NCBI GenBank assembly: GCA_963848965.1
Contig: CAWKFG010000001.1
Coordinates: 192,001-256,000 of the forward strand
Length of the DNA: 64,000 bases
DNA from: an uncultured bacterium
GTDB lineage: Bacteria > Babelota > Babeliae > Babelales > Babelaceae
Reading direction: 5' to 3'
The notes under the pieces were generated by a model. It did no database searches, had not been told where the DNA came from, and saw nothing but the letters and a program-made list of their open reading frames with translations. A program made the translations under genes and the position numbers. Numbering within the stretch: the first letter of the stretch is position 1; every line of letters begins with the position of its first letter. This document shows, one piece after another, positions 30,869-41,098 of this stretch.

Positions 30869-31045
30869 ATCTTAGATAAACAGTACGCGCCTGCTCAGAG
30901 AGTAGACGTGTCATTTTAATGGCCATTGGTGACCTTGTGTATCATAAAGACACGAATCCATTGCCATTCAAGTGCACGAAAGTAATATAAGAAGCTTCAT
31001 TTATGTATTATTGCATAAAGATAACATAGGCTTGAGTGATGTCAT
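30869..31045 (-). pseudogene. Decayed duplicate of the lnt-like gene 3' end and spacer
   Basis: Matches 33597-33822 in blocks (ATCTTAGATAAACAGTAC, TTGCCATTCAAGTGCACGAAAG, TAATATAAGAAGCTTCA, ATTGCATAAAGATA), with internal deletions. Confidence 0.75.
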
Positions 31046-31223
31046 GGGCAGTGATTTCTAAAGGCTATGGTAGGATGTGCTTGGATAGTATCTTAAGATA
31101 AAGAGTATGGTAGGTTATAAGGAGTAAAATATAAAAAATATTTTTAATTGAAATTTTTTATATATCTGATATACTGTAATGCATGATTATATATCGGATA
31201 TTAAAGTTATTATAAGGATTAGT

Positions 31224-33596
31224 ATGAAAATAGTAGTTTTGTTTCTTTTGGTTGTACCTTTTAGCAGCCTTGTAGTGGCTATGAAAGATAAAGCTCACTT
31301 TGAAGAGCCTTCTGGCAAAAGGGTTAAGATTGAGCAACAGATAACGAATAAAGATAGAGCGCTTATGGCAGCGGCAGGTAAAGCAGATTTAAAAAAAGTA
31401 ACTGATTTGCTTCAAGCAGGAGCAAATGTTCTTGCTCGTGATGAATTTAGGGGTACTGCGCTTCTTAGTGCTGCTTATGCTGGTAATACTGCTGTTATAC
31501 AAGCTCTCATTAATGCAGGGGCTGATGTTAATGCTAAAGATATCTATGGGCATACTCCTTTAGAAGTGGCTGCAAGAAATAAGCATAATGATGCAGCCCT
31601 TGAACTTCTTAAAGCTCAAGCAAAGGGAAACTATGACTTTTTTCAGATAGAGTTTAGAGATGGTTTTGCAGCAGATAGGATCTTTGAAAGAGCTCTTTAT
31701 AGTGGAGATTCTCCTCATCATTCAACCGACTATATGCAACTTAAAAGTGCTTTAAAAAAGCATATTCAAGATATCGTTCAGAATTTTAAACAAGGTTCTG
31801 TTTGTAAAGAGGTTTTATCGCGCTATTTAGCTGTTACTATTCGTAGTAAGCATTGGTGGGCGACTTTATATTTGCTTGAAATGGGAGCTATCATTCCTAA
31901 TGAATATCTGTTAAACAATGATAGTAAAGCTTATCTTGAAAATTGTTTTTTACATGCGGCTACTCGTGGTAAAGCAAAAGCTTTAGAGAGCCTGATCAAA
32001 GCAGGTATAAATGTTAATACTAGTGATCTAAAGATAGGATCTTCTGCTCTTATGTATGCAGCACAAAACGGTCGTGCTAAAGCTGTTAAAGCGCTTATTA
32101 AGGCAGGAGCTGACGTTAGTATGGAAGACAAGGAAGGACAAAATGCTCTCTATATAGCAGTTGATACGCCGTTTAGTATTGACGCTAATACGCTTGATGA
32201 GTATGGTTGTCATAAGGAAGTAGTACAAGCGCTTATTGAAGCAGGAGCTGTATTCAAGTCTCCTCATCGTGAAGATATAACTGATGAGCAACAGCAACTT
32301 AACAATAATATGACAAATGCTATTTTGCATGGTGATAAGGATACTGTTAAAAAGCTTCTTGATAATGGTTTTGCTTGCAACCAGTTTCTTTTCGATTTTT
32401 CTGCGTACGCCTTAGGTAGTGGATGTGAACCTCTTCTTCTTGCCTGTTTTGTAGGAGATGCTTCTTTAGTAAAAGAATTATTAAATCGTAAAGGTGAATT
32501 TGATTTTGAAGAAATCTATGATCTGAAAGAGTTAATAACCTTATTAGCAGCTAATGGAAATGCTGAAGTAATAGAGCTTTTACTGACATGGTATAACGAA
32601 AGAGCATCTGTTCCTGTAAAGGTAAGTGAGCAAGCTTTATACTTTGCGCTTAGAAATAAGCATGTTGAGCTTGTTAAAAAGTTTGCTGTAGACTGTGAAT
32701 TTGATGATTGGCATATGAAGGAGTATGCTGTTTTTACAGGACAGCAAGAAATTGTAAAGAGACTTCTTGAAGCAGGCGCGGACGTTTGTGGAACATATAT
32801 TTTTCATTATGCTGTTATGTCTAAAAATTTAGCAACGGTAGCATTGCTTACCCCAACAGCTTTTGCTAGTAATCTCGTTACGAGGCCTTTAAGAGTAAGC
32901 GAATTACTAGATACTGTAGTATTAAGTAAGATTTTTAAAAATATCTATTTAGCTGATGGAGAACAAACGATTACTCCAATACAAATTGCACAAAAAGTAC
33001 ATTCTCAAGAACTAGTACACTTCTTACAAGCATGTCTAGATGAGGATCTCAAAGAATATCTTCAAAATCCAGAAGCATATGTTAAAGGGTATCTAGCGCA
33101 GTGCTCTTCTTCAAAAACGTTGGTATATAATAAATTTGGTCAAACGCCGCTTATATGGGCATGTATATTTAATCATAAGAGTATAGTACAGCTTTTACTT
33201 AATCAGCTCCCTGAATGTTTACATGCTGTTGATAGTTATGGCAGAACAGCACTTGTATATGCTATACAATGTGGAAACACTGAGATAGTCTCTTTCTTGT
33301 TAGATGCTTACGAAAAAGAAAATAGCAAAAAAGCTTATGAAGATAAGCGAGTAAGCAGCATAAATTATTTTGATAAAGAAGGTAATAATGCTCTATGCTA
33401 TGCAGCAGCTCAAGGAAACATGAATCTTGTTACGCAGCTTTTAAAAGCAGGTGCTTATCCTACAGCTCAAGCGATTAAGCTTGCTGCAATACATGGTCAT
33501 AAAGAGTTGGTACTAAAGCTTTTGGCTTTAATGAGTGAGTATGCGCGAATTGGAAACCTTCCTATGAAGGGTAAAGAATTTCCTAAACTTTATTAA
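31224..33596 (+). CDS. Secreted ankyrin-repeat protein (tandem paralog 2)
   Basis: Signal peptide from ATG 31224 (AAGGA upstream), PSGKRVK patch, ankyrin repeats. Confidence 0.9.
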   Translation: MKIVVLFLLVVPFSSLVVAMKDKAHFEEPSGKRVKIEQQITNKDRALMAAAGKADLKKVTDLLQAGANVLARDEFRGTALLSAAYAGNTAVIQALINAGADVNAKDIYGHTPLEVAARNKHNDAALELLKAQAKGNYDFFQIEFRDGFAADRIFERALYSGDSPHHSTDYMQLKSALKKHIQDIVQNFKQGSVCKEVLSRYLAVTIRSKHWWATLYLLEMGAIIPNEYLLNNDSKAYLENCFLHAATRGKAKALESLIKAGINVNTSDLKIGSSALMYAAQNGRAKAVKALIKAGADVSMEDKEGQNALYIAVDTPFSIDANTLDEYGCHKEVVQALIEAGAVFKSPHREDITDEQQQLNNNMTNAILHGDKDTVKKLLDNGFACNQFLFDFSAYALGSGCEPLLLACFVGDASLVKELLNRKGEFDFEEIYDLKELITLLAANGNAEVIELLLTWYNERASVPVKVSEQALYFALRNKHVELVKKFAVDCEFDDWHMKEYAVFTGQQEIVKRLLEAGADVCGTYIFHYAVMSKNLATVALLTPTAFASNLVTRPLRVSELLDTVVLSKIFKNIYLADGEQTITPIQIAQKVHSQELVHFLQACLDEDLKEYLQNPEAYVKGYLAQCSSSKTLVYNKFGQTPLIWACIFNHKSIVQLLLNQLPECLHAVDSYGRTALVYAIQCGNTEIVSFLLDAYEKENSKKAYEDKRVSSINYFDKEGNNALCYAAAQGNMNLVTQLLKAGAYPTAQAIKLAAIHGHKELVLKLLALMSEYARIGNLPMKGKEFPKLY

Positions 33597-33622
33597 ATCT
33601 TAGATAAACAGTACACGCCTGC

Positions 33623-35005
33623 TCACAGAGTAGGCGTGTTTTTTAGCGTCCATTGTTGCCCTTGAGCATCATAGAGATAAGAATGGGTATACGAGACATA
33701 GACAATAGTACGTTGCCATTCAAGTGCACGAAAGCGATGCATGAATTGCATAAGACGTTTAATATAAGAAGCTTCAATCCATGTATCATTGCATAAAGAT
33801 AGAATCCTTGCTTGAATGTCATCAGGATAAGCTTTAAAGAAAATCTCTGAACATATATAAGGCACAAATGTCAACGTAGGTGTTATAACAAATGGCTCAC
33901 GTTTGTTGCAAGAAGGAGTAATAAAGGGTTTATTCTCTTTATAATAGAGCTGCTTTAAAGAAGAAGTATGAGCCCACTGAGGAAGACGTTCTGTAAGTAG
34001 TAATGCATGCTTTTTACAAAAGAATTTTTGGATTACGCCATCATATATCCAATATACAGCATTAGAGCAGATAGTATTTTCTTTGTAGAGTGCTCCTGTA
34101 ATAATATGCATCTGTCGAGAAAGATGTTCTTGATCCCATGCTTTAAGTAGTTCTCTATGAGCAAAAAGGTCACAAAGATAGAGTGCTGATTCTGGTAAGA
34201 TTATAAGTTCAATAAAAGGGTTCTCTTGAATAAGAGTTTTGAGTCTTTGTGCAACTTCTGCAATAGTACGTGCGGGGTTGCCAGGGTTATAAAAGCTTTC
34301 TGGTAGTATAGCTATTTTTGAGAGCCACTCAGGACGGTTGAAAGACGTATGGTAGAGACTTTGACTTATAAGCCAAGGAAAAAGCGCAGCTATAGCAACG
34401 AATAATTTTTTACGGCTGTCTTTTATAAGAAATAAAGCTCCTAATAGACTAGAAGAAGCGAGAAAAACGCCTGTGAGTATATGCTTACCAAAAACAGGAA
34501 GTATTGTTAAAAAAGGGGGATATGATGCAAGCGGTAATAAAGGATGTGCAAGTGGATATCCTTCAAAAGAGCCAAAGATCCATAAAACAAGTTGATCAAT
34601 AGTAAAAATATACAACCAACTGAATGTAACCCATAACAAAAGCTGTAAAAACGAAGATGTACTATATCTTTTAATAAAATTTATGCTCCAAAACCATATG
34701 CCACTATAACAAGCTGCGTAAAGAATAAGTAAAAACAGTGTTCCTACTAACATAATAAACGAGGTAGGTTTTCCTTGGGCCATATAAAACAGTGAATAAA
34801 ATATGCCGCTTGCCTGTAAGCTAAAAAAGAGGGTGCCCCATACTAAACCTTCTATAAAAGAAAGTTTGTAGGTAATCATCGTATAAAAAAGAAGAGCAAA
34901 TGGTACAAAAATAAGCCACCAAAGAGCTGCTATTATGAAAGTAAGCGCATAGAGAATTGCAGAAAGAGTTAGTAAGGTCCACTTATTAAAGAGCTGTACA
35001 TGCAT
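33623..35005 (-). CDS. lnt: Apolipoprotein N-acyltransferase-like membrane protein (CN hydrolase)
   Basis: N-terminal TM region plus nitrilase triad-like motifs IILPES, KKHAL..TE, YICSEI. Confidence 0.65.
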   Translation of the reverse strand: MHVQLFNKWTLLTLSAILYALTFIIAALWWLIFVPFALLFYTMITYKLSFIEGLVWGTLFFSLQASGIFYSLFYMAQGKPTSFIMLVGTLFLLILYAACYSGIWFWSINFIKRYSTSSFLQLLLWVTFSWLYIFTIDQLVLWIFGSFEGYPLAHPLLPLASYPPFLTILPVFGKHILTGVFLASSSLLGALFLIKDSRKKLFVAIAALFPWLISQSLYHTSFNRPEWLSKIAILPESFYNPGNPARTIAEVAQRLKTLIQENPFIELIILPESALYLCDLFAHRELLKAWDQEHLSRQMHIITGALYKENTICSNAVYWIYDGVIQKFFCKKHALLLTERLPQWAHTSSLKQLYYKENKPFITPSCNKREPFVITPTLTFVPYICSEIFFKAYPDDIQARILSLCNDTWIEASYIKRLMQFMHRFRALEWQRTIVYVSYTHSYLYDAQGQQWTLKNTPTL

Positions 35006-35308
35006 GCGAGGATCCTTGCATAAAGAAGGCTTATCAAAAGAATAACTTTTTTTTTGTCGGGTGCTCTGCTATCTAGTGTAGTATCTGAATATTTCGAAGT
35101 AAAGAAATATGCTAGAGTTCTTTTAATATACATTTGTTTAAAAAAATGCAAGCATCTAGTTCTTAAGCTATCATGGTGGCACACAAAATTATTAGTTTTT
35201 CTGCAAATATGCTTCTAAAAGCTTTTTTCATACATGTTTATTTGCAAATTCTAAGAATCTGGTATACTAAAAGAATACAGTTCATCTATTTAATGCTTTA
35301 AGATACTC

Positions 35309-36001
35309 ATGATTACGATTAAAAGAAAATCAGATTTTGCAAGACACATGTACGAAAAAGAAGCATGGGCTCGCTCAGAGCTTGTATGTGGTATTGATGA
35401 AGTAGGACGGAGCTGTTTAGCAGGACCGGTTGTGGCTGCTGCTGCCATTTTAAAGCCTCATGTAAAGCATAAGTATCTTAAAGATTCAAAACTTTTAACT
35501 CATGAAGAGCGGCTTAAGGCCTATAAGTGGCTTATGAAAAATAGTACTTGGGCTGTAGGTATTATGCACCATCGAGTAATTGATGATGTTAATATTTACC
35601 AAGCTACGTTGCGCGCTATGAAGCGAGCATTAATGCAACTCTTTGCTCAATCTTCAGAGTATCCTTCTATTATTTTAGTTGATGCTATGCCGGTAGCTCT
35701 TGAGCACCTTGCTATTCCTATAGTTCATTTTCCTTATGGCGAACGGCAATCAGCTTCTATTGCTGCTGCTTCTATTATTGCTAAAGTAACAAGAGATGCT
35801 CTTATGGGCCGTCTTGGACAGGTTATTCCTGGCTATGTTTTTGAAGAAAATAAGGGCTATGGTACTCAAGCTCATAAAAAAGCTCTTAAGAGAGATGGAA
35901 CTACTATTATTCATCGTATAAGTTTTAAGTGGGAAAAAGAGACAACTCCCCCTCTAGGAGTTGCTGCTCTAAAGGAAGTACCCTTAGAACGAGAAATTTA
36001 A
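35309..36001 (+). CDS. rnhB: Ribonuclease HII
   Basis: GIDEVGR..LAGPVVAAA, LKDSK, SIAAASIIAKVTRD, NKGYGT, IHRISF. Confidence 0.97.
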   Translation: MITIKRKSDFARHMYEKEAWARSELVCGIDEVGRSCLAGPVVAAAAILKPHVKHKYLKDSKLLTHEERLKAYKWLMKNSTWAVGIMHHRVIDDVNIYQATLRAMKRALMQLFAQSSEYPSIILVDAMPVALEHLAIPIVHFPYGERQSASIAAASIIAKVTRDALMGRLGQVIPGYVFEENKGYGTQAHKKALKRDGTTIIHRISFKWEKETTPPLGVAALKEVPLEREI

Positions 36002-36343
36002 GTAACTGCGCACAGGAGAGGATTTGCGCTTTCTATAGGATAGAGGGGGATTGATAAGAGAAACTGTATATACTCCTCGCTTAAGGACCTTTGCCTCAGT
36101 GCGTTGAGTTTTCTTTTTTCTAACGGGTACATATAATACTGCGTGGCTTATCATACTATATCCTTTACTTTTAATATGCTTTGGCTCACTACTACTATAT
36201 AGAATATCGCTTTCCCCTAAATTGTCAACAGGTAATGCAAATAGTAAAGAATATGCATGAAGGGCTAGAATTTCTGCCCTTTTAAGCAAGAAGAGACTTT
36301 AACAGGAATAAGAAGTCTCCTATTGCCTTTAGGTAGAGGTAGT

Positions 36344-37357
36344 TTACCCATTCATGGGTCGTAGCTCTATATAGTTACCCCCTTTTTTGAGAGAGATACG
36401 TATGGTTATTGGTCGAACAAACGTATCTGTGCCTAAATGTTTAGGTATAGGAGGTAGATCAAGCTTTGAAAAGAATGAAGCGAGATAGTCATCAACTATT
36501 TTTACTCCTGTAAAAGGCGTAGGTCCTTCTACTGTAAAGCTGCCATCTTGAGCTATTACAAGACGAACAAAAAGTAGTTCTTTTACATCTTCTTGTGCAT
36601 GGAGATACCCTTGAGAAAGGCGGCATGCTCGTAGAAGAGCATGGCTAATTTTCTGCTCATAATTAGACGTCTTTAATTCGTCAAGTTGCTCTTGTACATG
36701 AGCAGGTGCTTGGCTCTTTGTTTGACTTCTAGGGCTTTGAGTATAGGTTCCTGTGCGAGCTGCATTTTGAAATGCTTTTACAAAGAATGCTGCTGTAAGG
36801 CCGGGCGGTAGATTTGTTGTTTTCTTTTTTCTTCTCCGAGGGCGTGATGCAGGATGATGTGTTGGCACAGTTCCTTTTTCTGTTAATAGAGGTACGGTAT
36901 ATGGTTCTTGAGAAGGACTACCGGTCTCTTTTTGAGAAGAATGAGCTTCATCAGCAGTTTCAGGAGCACTATCAGCTTCTAGATGAGCAGTAGTATCGTT
37001 TTGAGTTGCCTCTGGAGATACTTGTATGAGAGGATCTATAACAGGCACAGTTGACTCTCGACGTTCTACGATAGACTCTTGTGGATCTTCTAATGGAGTT
37101 GGTAGTTCAAGAGGCGTATCGGCTACTAGGGGCTGAAGTGCTGGAAGAGGCTCTTTTGGTAATGGCGGTAAAGGTACACGGTTATCAAACGATAGAGGAG
37201 CTGGTATTCGTTTGTTCTCTGAATTGCTTTCTAATGTGTTTTCTATTTTACTTAGTTTAAGCGTAGTATAGACGAACCAAAGAAGTAGAAGGCAGTGTAA
37301 TAAAAGAGAAAAGATAAAGGACGTATATTTTCTTTTCGATCGAGCACTTATATCCAT
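36344..37357 (-). CDS. TonB/TolA-like membrane-anchored protein
   Basis: N-terminal TM with SLLLH motif, long Pro/Glu-rich linker, globular C-terminus ending LPPIP. Confidence 0.55.
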   Translation of the reverse strand: MDISARSKRKYTSFIFSLLLHCLLLLWFVYTTLKLSKIENTLESNSENKRIPAPLSFDNRVPLPPLPKEPLPALQPLVADTPLELPTPLEDPQESIVERRESTVPVIDPLIQVSPEATQNDTTAHLEADSAPETADEAHSSQKETGSPSQEPYTVPLLTEKGTVPTHHPASRPRRRKKKTTNLPPGLTAAFFVKAFQNAARTGTYTQSPRSQTKSQAPAHVQEQLDELKTSNYEQKISHALLRACRLSQGYLHAQEDVKELLFVRLVIAQDGSFTVEGPTPFTGVKIVDDYLASFFSKLDLPPIPKHLGTDTFVRPITIRISLKKGGNYIELRPMNG

Positions 37358-37447
37358 TACAAGCCAATAGTTAAAAGGTATACCATTTGCCCTAGTATAC
37401 TCTAAGTAAAAAGGAATTAGCTAGTTTCTGGTAATAAAAGGAAATAT

Positions 37448-38047
37448 ATGGTCATACTAACACAAAATTTTTATGATCGAGACACTGCGCAAGTTGCTTA
37501 TGATCTTTTAGGTAAGCGCATTATACGTGTTCTTGATGGCACCTATTTAGAAGGAATTATTGCAGAAACAGAAGCATATCATTCTGAAGATCCTGCGAGC
37601 CATTCGTATAGAGGCCAAACTGACCGTAATAAATCTATGTTTGGACCCGTTGGTCATACGTATGTATACCTTAGCTATGGATTACATTACTGCTTAAATA
37701 TTGTAGCTCGAGATAGTACTAGGTATCCTTCTGGGGCAATGCTTATTCGGGCCTTTATTCCTACGTGTGGTCAAGAGAGAATGGAAAAGAACCGAAGAAA
37801 ACAAGTTTCTTTTCTTGTAAGTGGGCCAGGCAATGTTACACAAGCACTGGCTATTACAAAAGCCCATGATGGTAGTGATGTTACAAAAAGTAACTCTCCT
37901 CTCTTTATTACAGAAGGTATAGTGATAGATCCTCGTTCAATTGATGCGACAAAACGTATTGGTATTTCTGTAGCTCAAGAGGTATTATGGCGATTTGTGA
38001 TTAATAAGCCTACCTGTGAACGTATTTACGAAGATTTTTTGGAATAA
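37448..38047 (+). CDS. DNA-3-methyladenine glycosylase (MPG/AAG type)
   Basis: IAETEAY, DPASHS, MFGPVGHTYVYLSYGLHYCLN, GPG, RIGIS..WRF. Confidence 0.93.
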   Translation: MVILTQNFYDRDTAQVAYDLLGKRIIRVLDGTYLEGIIAETEAYHSEDPASHSYRGQTDRNKSMFGPVGHTYVYLSYGLHYCLNIVARDSTRYPSGAMLIRAFIPTCGQERMEKNRRKQVSFLVSGPGNVTQALAITKAHDGSDVTKSNSPLFITEGIVIDPRSIDATKRIGISVAQEVLWRFVINKPTCERIYEDFLE

Positions 38048-38166
38048 CAGTAATATATGCTCATTGTTCAATAACATAATATGCTATATACTTATATAAA
38101 GTACTTTCGTGCTTTAAAAAAGTATTCGTTTGAGATGACCGGTTTCCACGCTTACGGAGTTTACGA

Positions 38167-39723
38167 ATGAAATTCTTTTGTATTGCAGGGCCTATTAAGC
38201 CAGAAATTCATTACTTTGTTCCTCATCGTCTTGATGTTAAGCCTTTAGAGAGACTCATAGATGAGATGCATTACTTTGTATTTCATGCTCCTCGTCAAAC
38301 TGGTAAGACTACGTCGGTAAAGGAGTTTATTCGTTATCTTAACGATAGTGGTAGATATTCAGCACTTTACATAAACATTGAACCGGCACAAGCTGCACGT
38401 GATAATGTAAAAGAGGCTCTTATTGCTATTGTAGAGGAACTAGCAGTTGCTATCGAAGAATATCTGTATAACGATCGTAAGGTTGCGCAGCATTTGAAAG
38501 ATATGATTAGAATCCATCCTGTTACTTTGAATCTTTTAGTGAATGCTTTACGCTTTATAGCCGAGTTGTGTCCAAAGCCAGTTATCCTGTTTATTGATGA
38601 AATAGATTCCTTAATTGGAGACTCACTGCTTTCTGTGCTTAGGCAGATAAGAGCTGGTTTTGGTGAAAGGCCTCACCGATTTCCGCAGTCAATATGCCTT
38701 ATTGGTCTTAGAGATGTAAGGGACTATAGAGTATGGTCTAAAGCATCTGGGGTATATGTCTCTACAAGTAGTCCCTTTAATATTAAGACTGAATCGTTAA
38801 CGCTTTCTAACTTTACTTATGAGCAGGTCAAACACCTTTATCTACAGCATACAACAGAAACTGGACAGCAATTTACAGATGAAGCAATAGACTATGCTTA
38901 CTACTTAACGCAAGGACAACCATGGCTGGTGAATGCTCTTGCTTACCAGGCCTGTTTTAGAGATGTTGCTGATAGAACTATATCTATTACCAAAGAAATA
39001 ATTGAACAATCTAAAAATCAGCTTATTGCTCGTAAAGATACACATTTGGATTCTCTTGTAGATAAACTTAATGAAGAAAGAGTGAGAAAGGTTATAGATA
39101 CTATTATTTCAGGAGAAGTTATTAAGCCGGAGTATATTCAAGATGATGTGCAGTATACGATAGATCTTGGTCTTATCTCTATTAAAGCAGGTAATTTGGC
39201 TATTGCTAATCCCATCTACCAAGAAATAATACCTGCTGTACTTGCTTACACGTTTCAATACAGTATTGTTGAAGAATTAGCTTGGTATAAACGTCTGGAT
39301 GGTTCTCTGGATATGAGTAAGTTGCTTGAATCCTTTACTCAGTTTTTTAGGGAAAATGCAGATGCATGGCTTTCGGATTTTAACTATAAAGAATCAGGTC
39401 CCCATATTCTTATGCTTGCATTTTTGCAAAGAGTGATTAATGGTGGAGGTACCATACATCGAGAATATGCTCTTGGAAGAAAACGTGTAGATCTTTTAAT
39501 TGCTTGGAAAAAGCAAAGAATAGTTATTGAACTTAAGATAAAGCGTGGTGAAGATACACTTAAGCACGGCCTCCAGCAAACAGCAGAGTACATGGATCTT
39601 TGTGGTGCTCATGAAGGACATCTTGTTATTTTTGATAAAGATCCTTGTAAGTCTTGGACTGAGAAAATTTCACAAGAGCTTCTTGTATATAATGCTAAAA
39701 AAATTCATGTCTGGACTCTCTAA
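38167..39723 (+). CDS. AAA-like ATPase with C-terminal PD-(D/E)XK nuclease-like domain
   Basis: HAPRQTGKTT, FIDEID, GQPWLVN, REYALGRKRVDL..VIELK. Confidence 0.85.
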   Translation: MKFFCIAGPIKPEIHYFVPHRLDVKPLERLIDEMHYFVFHAPRQTGKTTSVKEFIRYLNDSGRYSALYINIEPAQAARDNVKEALIAIVEELAVAIEEYLYNDRKVAQHLKDMIRIHPVTLNLLVNALRFIAELCPKPVILFIDEIDSLIGDSLLSVLRQIRAGFGERPHRFPQSICLIGLRDVRDYRVWSKASGVYVSTSSPFNIKTESLTLSNFTYEQVKHLYLQHTTETGQQFTDEAIDYAYYLTQGQPWLVNALAYQACFRDVADRTISITKEIIEQSKNQLIARKDTHLDSLVDKLNEERVRKVIDTIISGEVIKPEYIQDDVQYTIDLGLISIKAGNLAIANPIYQEIIPAVLAYTFQYSIVEELAWYKRLDGSLDMSKLLESFTQFFRENADAWLSDFNYKESGPHILMLAFLQRVINGGGTIHREYALGRKRVDLLIAWKKQRIVIELKIKRGEDTLKHGLQQTAEYMDLCGAHEGHLVIFDKDPCKSWTEKISQELLVYNAKKIHVWTL

Positions 39724-39819
39724 TAAGAATTGCACGTCTTAAAATATTGCGATGTTAAGCATGTAAAGAGTATACTTAAGATAAATAATCTATATAACAT
39801 CTAATTAAGGAGTACTCTT

Positions 39820-40179
39820 ATGAAGAAATGTCTTATTATGGCTCTAGCTTTAGGAATGGCAGCACCTCTTTTTTCAATGGAACCTGGTCAATCTGGAGTT
39901 TCAAATCCTTTCCGTATAGAACGAGCAAAAAAAAGAGCTATGCTAGAAGCTACAAGGCAACAGCTTATGGCTGTTATTCAGCAGTTGGAAGGTAACCTCA
40001 AAGCACAGCAAGTTCAGACAGTTTTTGGAAGACCAAGACCTGATCTTACTGCTCTACAAACGCAGGTAGCAGTTCTTAGACAACAGCTTGCTGGTGTCGA
40101 AAAAGAGCTTGTTGCTTTAACACAACAAGGCCCTGGTCTAGCTCGTGGACAGCAACAACGTACACAAAGCACTCGATAA
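39820..40179 (+). CDS. Small secreted coiled-coil hypothetical protein
   Basis: AAGGAG RBS, signal peptide, Gln-rich heptads. Confidence 0.7.
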   Translation: MKKCLIMALALGMAAPLFSMEPGQSGVSNPFRIERAKKRAMLEATRQQLMAVIQQLEGNLKAQQVQTVFGRPRPDLTALQTQVAVLRQQLAGVEKELVALTQQGPGLARGQQQRTQSTR

Positions 40180-40185
40180 AAAGAT

Positions 40186-40216
40186 AAAATCCTGGTCCTA
40201 AAAGCCAGGATTTTTT
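40186..40216 (+). terminator. Intrinsic terminator
   Basis: AAAATCCTGG...CCAGGATTTTTT. Confidence 0.7.
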
Positions 40217-40368
40217 CGTGCTCTTTTAGTTTTGTTACCTTTATTATTTTACTAGAGCATAAATAGTTTTTGTTGGCACCCAAGAAATTTTTATTCCAAT
40301 TTGAAATTGTTGAAAATAGTTCTCTACTTATACTATACTAGAATATGAATACAGTAAGGGGGTAGATT

Positions 40369-40926
40369 ATGAAAAAGTTTCTTTTGTGTATATCGCTCAC
40401 TATAGGGCTCTATACAAAGGTTGTGGAAGCTGCTGATATAAAATCAGTAGCTGTCTTTCTTGATAATGTTAAACATTTAGTGACTCGAGTAATGAGTGCT
40501 TCGCAAGCGGTTCAAGAAGTTAAAACTTCTTTATCGGAAAAAGATCAAGATATACTTAATAGGGCTGCTAAAGAAGCAGCAGAACCAAAGAAAATATCGT
40601 GGTCGGATACACTTAAAAATGTTCTTGAATATGCAAAGCCTACAACAGATACGGTCATTGGTGGGGTGCGATTTGATGGTACTGAAGCTAAATTTCAACC
40701 GGGGATTATTATAGCGCTACTGAATATGGTAACGTCATTTCCAAAAGCATTGCCTGCTCATGAAAGCTTTAGTGGGGTAAGAAATTCATTTGCACGCGTA
40801 GCGCCAGTGGCTGCCAAACTTAATACTCAAGCACGAACCTTAGCTGTTCGTCTTGCTTATGTGTATACGATTATTACATCATTACAGCAGCTTGCAGCTT
40901 CTTTTTCTCCTAAACCGATAGATTAA
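40369..40926 (+). CDS. Secreted hypothetical protein
   Basis: Signal peptide ending VEA and AAGGGGG RBS. Confidence 0.7.
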   Translation: MKKFLLCISLTIGLYTKVVEAADIKSVAVFLDNVKHLVTRVMSASQAVQEVKTSLSEKDQDILNRAAKEAAEPKKISWSDTLKNVLEYAKPTTDTVIGGVRFDGTEAKFQPGIIIALLNMVTSFPKALPAHESFSGVRNSFARVAPVAAKLNTQARTLAVRLAYVYTIITSLQQLAASFSPKPID

Positions 40927-41032
40927 TGCTCTCGTATAAGTAGAATAGTATAACAACTATAGATAAGCTTGCTCTTGGTATATGAGTTTGTTGGTAACGA
41001 AATAGGGCCTTTGTATTTTATAAGCTTCTTGC

Positions 41033-41098
41033 TTAAGTATGAGTACGTATATGCGCTCTTAAATTACTAGAAGAGGTAAAGGCTTTATCACATTCATT
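41033..41098 (-). pseudogene. Orphan terminal zinc-finger fragment ([21 protein letters not shown])
   Basis: Direct translation. Followed by the GCAAGAAGCTT tail seen after intact array genes. Confidence 0.8.

Noticed and set aside
35984..36289. 101-aa minus-strand ORF between rnhB and the TonB-like gene
   Set aside because: It has a TTG start, no clear RBS and no recognisable motif. It could be real but I cannot support it.
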